Shown here: positions 47,345-55,039 of the stretch, in pieces
Layout of the letters: every line of letters begins with the position of its first letter
Position numbering within the stretch: position 1 is the first letter of the stretch
IMG/VR virus record: IMGVR_UViG_3300018080_005856
Span: 1 to 64,000 of that record
Reading direction: 5' to 3' (one strand)
Length of the DNA stretch: 64,000 nucleotides
DNA from: a virus
Notes under the pieces: generated by a model
Database searches by the model: none
What the model was told of the DNA's origin: nothing
Seen by the model: only the letters and a program-made list of their open reading frames with translations
Translations under genes and position numbers: made by a program

Positions 47345-47472
47345 AAAGAGAGGCGAGCCGGTGCAATATCCTGCGTGCCCTCGTTAACTTTCAGATGTTT
47401 CGGGAGTAACCCTATCAACTGTTGGTATGGAGTGACGCATTCCCTTTCCCCGTTGGGACACCGTGATCCTCT
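47345..47472 (-). ncRNA. Candidate ~125-nt sRNA
   Basis: ORF-free unit between two motif copies. Its ends pair (GAGG..CGGTGT / GCACCG..CCTC-TTTT). Confidence 0.5.
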
Positions 47473-47495
47473 CATTTATATGGAAAGAGAAGGGG

Positions 47496-47684
47496 CTATG
47501 CCCCTAGGATTGACATTCCTGTGTATTTCCCTTTCTCCAGGGTTTCTACCACCGCTTTCTTTATAAGATCAGTAGGCCTGCCAAGGATAACACCCAGAAA
47601 CAGAACGAAGTCTGCCTCTTTCTTGTTTACCTCTGGGGCACCAGATTCTCTGATCTTCCGCTTCCAAATTGACATTGATATCAT
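47496..47684 (-). CDS. Hypothetical protein
   Basis: GAGGAGGT RBS. Confidence 0.55.
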   Translation of the reverse strand: MISMSIWKRKIRESGAPEVNKKEADFVLFLGVILGRPTDLIKKAVVETLEKGKYTGMSILGA

Positions 47685-47896
47685 CTCAGTACCTCCTCAA
47701 TATTGATATGAATCCCGGCTTCCTCAAAACGTCTTACTGTCTCGAGGTTATCTATGAACCCGGGTAACTCTCTCTTTACCTGCTGTAGCATGCGGGTGAG
47801 CTTTTGCCTCGCTACAACATTCCTACGAATCTTATCAATATCAGAGTCATTAAGGCCCTGTATAAAGCGTATAGCTTTAATCATATCTATTTTCAT
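47681..47896 (-). CDS. Hypothetical protein
   Basis: AGGAGG RBS and motif copy at 47944. Confidence 0.6.
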   Translation of the reverse strand: MKIDMIKAIRFIQGLNDSDIDKIRRNVVARQKLTRMLQQVKRELPGFIDNLETVRRFEEAGIHINIEEVLR

Positions 47897-47954
47897 GATA
47901 TTGCCTCCTTTGCACCGCCCACTATTCTAGAGGTGGGACAATGCATATATATGG

Positions 47955-48390
47955 AAAAGGAAGGCCGTGCACAGCCTCCCATACGGGATACATGGATTAC
48001 AGTTGGGCTAGGCACCTCGTCATTTCAGACTGTCTATTTACGCTCAGAGTGGACCATCTCTTCATCACGCACGTGACCGTCTTCTTGGTACCATTCCCAC
48101 GCTTATCTCCAGGGGATCCAGACCTGAAGATTATAGCTTCACCCAAGGACTTATCCGATTGTATGAAGCAGGTAGGGCGCCCCCTGAACGAATCCAGAGA
48201 ACGCCCTTTCAGTGGGTTTCACAGAAGAATACAACGGGGTATTAGGAAGGATTAAATATAATACCGCTAGTATGGAACCCCAAACAGAACCCCGGTAATA
48301 TAGTAATAACCCCCTATAAAGGGAAGGGTAGCCTCTTACCGCCGTTAATCCTCCCTGTAATGCGCATGGTAACGACCTTAAGTTGTTACA
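47955..48390 (-). ncRNA. Candidate ~430-nt structured RNA
   Basis: Long stems with minus-strand G-U pairs. Ends in a terminator. Confidence 0.6.
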
Positions 48391-48395
48391 TTATG

Positions 48396-48440
48396 TGAGC
48401 AGGGTAGGTCTGAACCTACCACTCACCATAAGGCCTGCTC
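48396..48440 (-). ncRNA. Minimal tRNA-like element (acceptor stem plus T-arm)
   Basis: GAGCAGG-ccttatggtgagtg-GTAGG TTCAGA CCTAC-CCTGCTC-A. Confidence 0.5.
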
Positions 48441-48610
48441 TACTTGGCTACTTTATGCAGTAATTTGCCAAGCTCTGAAGCACTGATATTAGTGCCACCT
48501 CTCTTGATCTCATTTAACAACAGCCAGAAGGATGTATCTCTCATACCTCTGGACTTCTGCCATTTTCTGAGTTCAGTAAGTCTGTCATTAAGTACCTTTG
48601 GATTCAACAT
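48440..48610 (-). CDS. 56-aa basic protein (not in the ORF track)
   Basis: MLNPKVLNDRLTELRKWQK..., AGGAGGT RBS. Confidence 0.6.
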   Translation of the reverse strand: MLNPKVLNDRLTELRKWQKSRGMRDTSFWLLLNEIKRGGTNISASELGKLLHKVAK

Positions 48611-48611
48611 A

Positions 48612-48926
48612 TTACACCTCCTTTTCTGCCCAATAGATGACTTTTCCTACCATTGGTTTAAGTGTAATGTGCACCTTACACCCACCACATGTACCCGTGT
48701 ACATGTTTTGAGATGGGTGTTTCTTAAGCACGTACAGACCCTTGCGAGTCTTCATTTTAACAGACTCGCCACCTGCTACATTCGTAACTACTACAGTAAG
48801 CTTTTCATTTCTGTAATAGTACACCTGTCCTTCAAGAGAGCAGTTGTTTGATGTAACCGGTTCGCCATGCTCCTCAATGCCTGTTACAATGTACTTCTTG
48901 AGACTGATTTGTTGTACCTGTTTCAT
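48612..48926 (-). CDS. Basic hypothetical protein
   Basis: AGGAGGT RBS. Confidence 0.65.
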   Translation of the reverse strand: MKQVQQISLKKYIVTGIEEHGEPVTSNNCSLEGQVYYYRNEKLTVVVTNVAGGESVKMKTRKGLYVLKKHPSQNMYTGTCGGCKVHITLKPMVGKVIYWAEKEV

Positions 48927-49013
48927 AAGGTACCTCCTGGTTTAATTATTTCCCCTATTACGCTACGGGGATATGCCCCCTGAGATCGCGAGTCCCAGGG
49001 GGCAACGAGATTA

Positions 49014-51458
49014 TTAGCCAAGTAACCTCTCCGCATAGAGGCATGCCATACCATTCATACCTCTTACGTTGGAAACCTCCTTTCTCTCTACGAGTGCTTG
49101 CACGAACACCGCATATAGAACGATAGCCCTTTCGATCTTAGATACATCGAGTGTATCTATTATCTCTGGGTTATCATGGAGTTGTTTCCTGGTAGTTCCG
49201 ACAATCTTCTCAAGAAGAGTATCCACAACTACCATGTGGACATGAGCCATAGGCTTATGAGCTAACGCCCACATCTGCAGCATGACCTCTCTTTCTTCGG
49301 CGGAGATCAAAGGCTTAGCCGCTTTAATGTTGTCAGCACGAAACTCGCCAGCAACATCAAAGATCTTGTCGGTATCAAGCTCTACTCTATACACCTGACG
49401 TATAGCCTGAGCGAAGGATTCTGCAGTTCCTTCTCTCCAGCCGACAAGTTTACCACTGATGACAGTAGCGGTAGGGGACTCCCTGTCACCAATGAGAAGT
49501 TTACCAAGAACTGTGTCACACAGTTCATAGGCTTCATTGACCCCAACAGATAGGCCAACATACTTCTTAATCCCTTGGACACTGTCCTGGATAGACTGTG
49601 CCAGAGGTAGAAGATCACTCATAGCAGATTCTAAAGCATCTGACCGGAAATCATAGACAGTAGCCAGACATTTCATGTAAGCCGCTACAAGTATAGCTGT
49701 TCTCTCTTGACACCACCTGCCATGCATACAGGCTGTCCAGGGAGTAAGCTCACCTTCAGCAGGTACCGATGATTTATCTATCATTCCGAAATCATCAGTA
49801 GCCCGCACCATGCTTCTATACCCCGGGAGGAATAGAGCATGATCATCACAGTCAGACTGCCAACCAACTGTGGCTTCCAAACACACTACAGCCACGACTC
49901 CATCTACATCATCCAAGGTATGCTCAGATAGACGTAGATCTAAGAAGGAGCCCTTTGTAGTATTTGGATACCTGACCCCAGCAACAAAGTCAGATATTTC
50001 TCCAGTCCGAATAGTAAACTGAGTAAATCCAGACTGAAGTGCATCCCGCATTTCACGAGATGGTACAAACTCCCCAGGAAGAAGCTTGTGAACGTGACCA
50101 CCATCCACAACCACATGAGTCCTGTGTATTATTGCTGCATATACAGAACTCGGGGCATTGGCACTCATAAGAGCCTTAGACCTCTTATTAAGTCCCATTA
50201 TGACTCCCGGATCGTTTGCAGGAAGATATCCAAGAACATACTTAGACAGATAGCTATCTATAAGTACATCCTCTTCATCATTGGATAGACCCATATCCAA
50301 GTGACGATACATGGATCCCCTGAGATCATTCAGAGCTGCAGTCTTACCAAATGCCTCTTTACGGAGAAGAGCCATGATATCTTTCCGTGTGACCTTATCC
50401 CACTGTCCAAGAACCATATAGAACAGGTTCAGGCGATAAGCCTCCTTCTGTTCATGGTTCTCAATCTTGGACAGCCCGATAGTCATGTCGAGAACTACGG
50501 AGTCTTTCCCGGCATAATCTACCTTTATCCATTTGATAGCCGAGTCATAACACCAACCATCAAACTCCTCTGGAATAGGCTTTCCATCTGGTCCTATAGA
50601 AGCCTGTGCTGGGGAGTGGAGCAGCCTCCCCTTCACTATTCCAGTCTTTCCATCCATAGGAACAAGACCTCTTACAAGACCAAAGTCCCCGGATTGTAGG
50701 ATACTTGCTCTGCGGACTAAGATCACACCATCCGCATCCAGAGTATTACCTACTTCAGAAAGCTCCTCTGGGAATACCTTTATCTTGAGCTGATCAGGCA
50801 TTCCGAGGATCTCAGACCAACCGTCTTTACCCGCCCTTATGCGAAGGACGTTGACCTCTTGATCTGATACGTTGCCACACGCTTCACGGATAACGTCAGC
50901 AAACATGTCCCTATTCACCGAAACTATTCCATTCAGAATGGTTTCAGCTCTCCTGGAGGATATCCAGGAAGGATGTGCCGGGAATGCTACACCCTTAACA
51001 CCTGTCATCTTGAGGGCATACTCAAAGAGTCTACCTCTCAGAAAGGTGCTACATGAAATCAGGTTGAGATTAAAGCGCTCCTTTCCCTTCTGATTCCGGT
51101 TCCTTTTAGCTATCTGTTGACCGTTGTACTTTAAGCCAGCACAATAGCTACGGCCTGCACGAGATCTCCGCATATCCCTTGCGAGCTCGACACCGAGGAC
51201 TTCTGCCAGTGCTGCAGCTGTAAATGTCTTAGTAACATCTACAGCCACCTGACGAAGCTCTCTTTTCCTGAAGGCCTTAAATGCCTTAAAGACATAAGAC
51301 CCAGGGAGGACGATCTGATTCTTTATATACGGTGATACAAAGAACCTGTCCCCGTTCCAAACAAGCGTCTTTCCAGGCAATGGCCTGAAGTCAGCTTGCT
51401 CAGATGCCCGGAGAGATGACCCTCCGAGTAACAACTTAAGTAACCCATGATTATCCAT
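49014..51458 (-). CDS. Divergent single-subunit two-barrel RNA polymerase (YonO / cellular-RdRP-like), 814 aa
   Basis: Motifs in the expected order: DADGVILV, LVRG...IVKG.L, DSAIKW, VAGVRYP, WQSDCDDH (DxDGD position). AGGAGGT RBS. Confidence 0.7.
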   Translation of the reverse strand: MDNHGLLKLLLGGSSLRASEQADFRPLPGKTLVWNGDRFFVSPYIKNQIVLPGSYVFKAFKAFRKRELRQVAVDVTKTFTAAALAEVLGVELARDMRRSRAGRSYCAGLKYNGQQIAKRNRNQKGKERFNLNLISCSTFLRGRLFEYALKMTGVKGVAFPAHPSWISSRRAETILNGIVSVNRDMFADVIREACGNVSDQEVNVLRIRAGKDGWSEILGMPDQLKIKVFPEELSEVGNTLDADGVILVRRASILQSGDFGLVRGLVPMDGKTGIVKGRLLHSPAQASIGPDGKPIPEEFDGWCYDSAIKWIKVDYAGKDSVVLDMTIGLSKIENHEQKEAYRLNLFYMVLGQWDKVTRKDIMALLRKEAFGKTAALNDLRGSMYRHLDMGLSNDEEDVLIDSYLSKYVLGYLPANDPGVIMGLNKRSKALMSANAPSSVYAAIIHRTHVVVDGGHVHKLLPGEFVPSREMRDALQSGFTQFTIRTGEISDFVAGVRYPNTTKGSFLDLRLSEHTLDDVDGVVAVVCLEATVGWQSDCDDHALFLPGYRSMVRATDDFGMIDKSSVPAEGELTPWTACMHGRWCQERTAILVAAYMKCLATVYDFRSDALESAMSDLLPLAQSIQDSVQGIKKYVGLSVGVNEAYELCDTVLGKLLIGDRESPTATVISGKLVGWREGTAESFAQAIRQVYRVELDTDKIFDVAGEFRADNIKAAKPLISAEEREVMLQMWALAHKPMAHVHMVVVDTLLEKIVGTTRKQLHDNPEIIDTLDVSKIERAIVLYAVFVQALVERKEVSNVRGMNGMACLYAERLLG

Positions 51459-51541
51459 AGGGTACCTCCTGTATTTATTGTATGCCTCTGTGAGACACCC
51501 TCATAGTATTGAACTCAATAGTTCAATACCCAGAGGCTGCC

Positions 51542-51634
51542 TCATAAACACATACTACAGGGTATAACAAGTTGTTTGGCACAGTCACGATGTGAAGACT
51601 CACAACTGTGCATGCGTCGGTGTCGATATACCAT
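51542..51634 (-). CDS. 30-aa Cys/His-rich peptide (not in the ORF track)
   Basis: MVYRHRRMHSCESSHRDCAKQLVIPCSMCL, AGGAGGT RBS. Confidence 0.4.
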   Translation of the reverse strand: MVYRHRRMHSCESSHRDCAKQLVIPCSMCL

Positions 51635-51683
51635 AATGACACCTCCTATTGTTAATGCACTGTACCGATCTCAGCTACGGTAT

Positions 51684-51725
51684 GCGTCCGCCCGGGAGTC
51701 GAACCCGGGTAAGCGCCATTCGGAC
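51684..51725 (-). ncRNA. Minimal tRNA-like element (acceptor-like stem plus canonical T-arm)
   Basis: GTCCG-aatggcgctta-CCCGGG TTCGACT CCCGGG-CGGAC, directly after a stop codon. Confidence 0.6.
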
Positions 51726-52034
51726 TTACTTCCACTCAGACAGGGGTGGCCCCTCCAGAGCGAGGTGTTCCCCCATCATATCTCTGGCATCATCCAGCAA
51801 CTGATCAAGATCAATCACTGGTTTGCCTACTTCCGCCTTAAGCTCGGTAGGAATATCAGCTACAGCCATGATGTGATTCCATGACTGTAAGAACTGTTCT
51901 GCCTCCTTCTTACTTAAGGCCTTCCCACTATACGCTTCAATAAGCAGCATAGTGTCCTTCACTGCAGTGGTTACCTGCTCCATCCTTCTCTTCATCCTTC
52001 TTGTGACTTCTTGTAACTCTATTGCCTTTGACAT
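51726..52034 (-). CDS. Hypothetical helical protein
   Basis: AGGAGGT RBS directly after hammerhead A. Confidence 0.7.
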   Translation of the reverse strand: MSKAIELQEVTRRMKRRMEQVTTAVKDTMLLIEAYSGKALSKKEAEQFLQSWNHIMAVADIPTELKAEVGKPVIDLDQLLDDARDMMGEHLALEGPPLSEWK

Positions 52035-52050
52035 AGAGTACCTCCTGTGA

Positions 52051-52106
52051 TATGTTTCGGATCCCGCTACAGATCCTCATCAGTGGGCTTAAGCTACCCA
52101 TACATA
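52051..52106 (-). ncRNA. Type III hammerhead ribozyme A (GUA site, cut between 52101 and 52100)
   Basis: TATGTA|TGGG-tagcttaag-CCCA CTGATGA GGATC-tgtagcgg-GATCC GAAACATA. Intact core and three stems. Confidence 0.92.
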
Positions 52107-52136
52107 GGGACAGTTTTACATCATGTCCCAGGATGT
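52107..52136 (-). ncRNA. H-type pseudoknot motif A
   Basis: ACATC CT GGGACA T GATGT AAAAC TGTCCC. Covaries with copy B. Confidence 0.75.
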
Positions 52137-52141
52137 AATGC

Positions 52142-52330
52142 TTAACGATATTGAGATAGATCTATACCTTTAACATTAAACCTACCAAATACTGCTTCAC
52201 GCTCAGCATTAACAGCCTTAAGCTTTCTTAAAGCCATCTGCACCTTTGCAGCGTGATACGGGTGAGCCTTGCAGAATTCAGCTATCTGCTCTGGGCTCAT
52301 TTCGAGTAAAGTTTTAACTAGTTCGACCAT
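52142..52330 (-). CDS. 62-aa hypothetical protein flanked by the hammerheads
   Basis: AGGAGGT RBS directly after hammerhead B. Confidence 0.7.
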   Translation of the reverse strand: MVELVKTLLEMSPEQIAEFCKAHPYHAAKVQMALRKLKAVNAEREAVFGRFNVKGIDLSQYR

Positions 52331-52347
52331 AATGGACCTCCTATAGT

Positions 52348-52406
52348 AGTGTTTCGGCTCTTGCTTAGGGAGCCATCTTCAGTGGGCTTAAAGCTACCCA
52401 GACACC
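52348..52406 (-). ncRNA. Type III hammerhead ribozyme B (GUC site, cut between 52401 and 52400)
   Basis: GGTGTC|TGGG-tagctttaag-CCCA CTGAAGA T GGCTC-cctaagcaa-GAGCC GAAACACT. The loops can pair (GCUU/AAGC). Confidence 0.88.
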
Positions 52407-52434
52407 GGGTAGTTTTACATCATACCCAGGATGC
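52407..52434 (-). ncRNA. H-type pseudoknot motif B
   Basis: GCATC CT GGGTA T GATGT AAAAC TACCC. Confidence 0.75.
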
Positions 52435-52440
52435 TTGAGC

Positions 52441-52614
52441 TTACTTCTGTGTAGATACGCACTGGCCAGTAACTTTGTTGCAGACTACTTTGCCTTTGAA
52501 AGCATCACTAATCTGCTTGTCCTGCCTTGCTGCCAAAACTACAAACAGAGCCAAGAAAGCTACTGTAGCTACACCAACCATAAACTCTCCAAACTTCTCT
52601 TTTCTTGTATTCAT
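52441..52614 (-). CDS. 57-aa single-TM protein (not in the ORF track), first gene of the leftward operon
   Basis: MNTRKEKFGEFMVGVATVAFLALFVVLA...C....C, AGGAG RBS. Confidence 0.65.
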   Translation of the reverse strand: MNTRKEKFGEFMVGVATVAFLALFVVLAARQDKQISDAFKGKVVCNKVTGQCVSTQK

Positions 52615-53010
52615 ACTGATTCTCCTAGTTGCGGACTATACCCATTGATTCTGCAGGGGATTTAACTGCAGATCTCATACACTGTTATCCAGGTGGTATG
52701 AGTTACCTGTACGGCTCCATTGACTGATCCCAATGGCGCGCTATACTTGTCTACTCGTCCAATACGGTGTATAGCAACCTCTTGGCGCGAGGGTAGAAGT
52801 ACCCGGGGGCTCGAACCAAGCAGATCCGATCCTCTCTAATACTCACCTGGTCCCGTTATACCCAAAACCGGGTTTGGCCCCCTATAGGGATTTTTGTCTT
52901 GACTCCTGGATATGGTTCTTGTAATCTTATGGGTGATAACCCTACGAACTTTTCTGGAACCCTGTAGATGGTATAAAGAGATCCTATGATTTTTGATACA
53001 GGTGGGGATT

Positions 53011-53661
53011 ATGATAAAGAGTAAGATAGTATCCTTTGATTCTTTTACTTTGGGGGCAATCCGGGCCAGTCGCTTTGAATGGGACCGTGGTGACTCGATA
53101 GTTACTATGGCAATATCCAGGAATCTTAATCCCAAACCAAATATGATGGTAATACCCCTGGATGTTTCTATAGTAAAGGGAAATACCTTAGAACCCAGCC
53201 CTAATGCCAACATGGGTTACGGGAGTAAAGTAATAGGTAACGGGTATGTCTATACAATATATCCACAACCCGATTATATTGATGTATGGAACGAGATAGA
53301 TATGAAGGACAGAACGAACCTCGTGACCGGTCTTACTGAAAGAATAATAGTACCCCGATCTACTAAAGAACATAAGAAAGCCCAGTTTCACGCCCTGGAT
53401 ATTGATATAAGAGATGAGGTAATGATGCGTCTTAAATATAAAGCCGGCCGTATACAAGTATTATGCCCGGGCAATAATCAACTGTTAGTAAGCAGGGACG
53501 GAGGGATGTTCATGTCAGCCATTCATATATACAATAATATCGGACAGATTAACTCTTTAGTGGGTAAGCTAATATCTTCATGGGATTATCCAGAAGATCA
53601 CGTTAGCCGCCGGGCCTGGTATTTGTGGCACAGCCGATGGTGTAGATCATGGGAAAAGTAA
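53011..53661 (+). CDS. Tandem paralogue 1
   Basis: LDIDIRDEVMMRLK...LCP...VSRDGG.F...W..W. Confidence 0.7.
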   Translation: MIKSKIVSFDSFTLGAIRASRFEWDRGDSIVTMAISRNLNPKPNMMVIPLDVSIVKGNTLEPSPNANMGYGSKVIGNGYVYTIYPQPDYIDVWNEIDMKDRTNLVTGLTERIIVPRSTKEHKKAQFHALDIDIRDEVMMRLKYKAGRIQVLCPGNNQLLVSRDGGMFMSAIHIYNNIGQINSLVGKLISSWDYPEDHVSRRAWYLWHSRWCRSWEK

Positions 53662-54368
53662 AGTACAACATAATAAGCAGAACGGCTATAATAATGGAAG
53701 CCCTGCTGTTACCTAGAGAAGATCCCGAGCACTGTGGGGTGCAAGTATATCCCTCCCTGGGTGGTGGGTTTATTAGCAGCTGTTCTCCAAAATACATAAA
53801 GGAAATCGTAAAAGATTACAAGCGGATGCTTCTCACTGTAGATATACGATTAAGGGAGAACAAGAATGGTGATTATCAGAGTAATTATAGTCACTATACT
53901 ACAGAGGAAACCCATATAGGCATAGTAACCCGAATGACTGGTGACTCATATATTTACCGTGTAAGGCCCTTTGATGAATATCTCGCGATGTGGAATGAAA
54001 TGACCTATACGGGAAAGAAATCCCTTCTGAGTGAGGTGAGTGAGTATATATCTATATTATCAAGCAAAAGAAATGCGTTTCCGGCATTCGCTATAATGGA
54101 GCTATACCTGGGTCGGGAAGTAACACATATTCTGAGATATAGGGCCTCTACTATAAGTATACTGGCGCCAACTCCTAGGTGCCCGTTCATAAGCCTTGAC
54201 GGGAAACCTTTCGTACCCTGGTTCCGTATATATAATGATATTCAGCCCTTATTCGAGCTCATAAATAGCTTGCTTCCGAAAGAACCGGGCTTGTTCTCTA
54301 ATCCTGGTAAAGAACATTACGTATTCTGGGCGGCCTGGAAAGAACTAATGGAGAAAACAGCATGGTAG
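53649..54368 (+). CDS. Tandem paralogue 2
   Basis: IMELYLGREV...LR...LAP...ISLDG..F...W..W. Confidence 0.7.
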   Translation: MGKVKYNIISRTAIIMEALLLPREDPEHCGVQVYPSLGGGFISSCSPKYIKEIVKDYKRMLLTVDIRLRENKNGDYQSNYSHYTTEETHIGIVTRMTGDSYIYRVRPFDEYLAMWNEMTYTGKKSLLSEVSEYISILSSKRNAFPAFAIMELYLGREVTHILRYRASTISILAPTPRCPFISLDGKPFVPWFRIYNDIQPLFELINSLLPKEPGLFSNPGKEHYVFWAAWKELMEKTAW

Positions 54369-55039
54369 TAACAGTTGAAAGAACACAGATAATAGAAGTA
54401 TTAGCTAATGTATCTGTACCTGCATCCCATGATGAGAACTGCCGTGTGGTTTATATACCTTATAACCAACAGAGCGAACCCATTCGTAAAGTAGTAAGCA
54501 TTATTGTAGGGGTATCTACTATTCCTCATAGTTCCTGGAAAGATGAATGGGGCTTCAGATATCGGCATACTCAGGAAGATCCAGGACCCGTTCCCTTCTA
54601 TACCTATATGATGCGCACCCGGGAGGATTATGAGCTGTGGTTAGCTTCAGATCGCGTAACCCGTAAAGACTTTATGCGCTCCATGGATAATTACGTTCAC
54701 GCCCACCGGGAACACGTTGACAGAGAGTTTTACATACCCGTGCTTAACATAGACCTGGAAGACGACATCATGACTCGCCTAAAAGTAGGGGCCCGTATAT
54801 TAAAGATAGCGGCCCCCGTATACCCTACATCCAATGTTACAATGTTAAGCCGGAATAACGGCCCCTACGGTTTCTTACCAATTGAGTCCGCCACTATTCC
54901 ACTCCACCTGGTCATCTTCAAAGCCATAGGATATGCCAGGAGATCTGACTACACGTCTCCGTGGAGAACTTGGAGAAATTCCAAGATGGCTCAGTATAAT
55001 CTGGAAGGAGCGGTAAAGGCCAGAGGGGGTACCGTATGA
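54362..55039 (+). CDS. Tandem paralogue 3
   Basis: VLNIDLEDDIMTRLKVG...AAP...LSRNNG.Y...W..W. Confidence 0.7.
   Translation: MVVTVERTQIIEVLANVSVPASHDENCRVVYIPYNQQSEPIRKVVSIIVGVSTIPHSSWKDEWGFRYRHTQEDPGPVPFYTYMMRTREDYELWLASDRVTRKDFMRSMDNYVHAHREHVDREFYIPVLNIDLEDDIMTRLKVGARILKIAAPVYPTSNVTMLSRNNGPYGFLPIESATIPLHLVIFKAIGYARRSDYTSPWRTWRNSKMAQYNLEGAVKARGGTV

Noticed and set aside
47420-47465. Cobalamin riboswitch (GGTGTCCC...AAAGGGAA)
   Set aside because: The downstream conserved elements (T-loop hairpin, GCCACTG B12 box) are absent.
47955-48300. RNase P RNA on the + strand (AGGAAGGCC...AAACAGAACCCCGG)
   Set aside because: P4 pairing is poor, the first element is part of a minus-strand terminator, and wobble pairs favour the minus strand.
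51484-51545. HDV-like ribozyme upstream of the polymerase gene
   Set aside because: Stems exist (GCCTCTG/CAGAGGC and a 10-bp hairpin), but P1.1, P4 and the catalytic J4/2 segment are missing. Kept only as a structured leader.
52800-52820. Third tRNA-like T-arm (GGTTCGAGCCCC on the minus strand)
   Set aside because: There is no 5-bp T-stem or acceptor stem.
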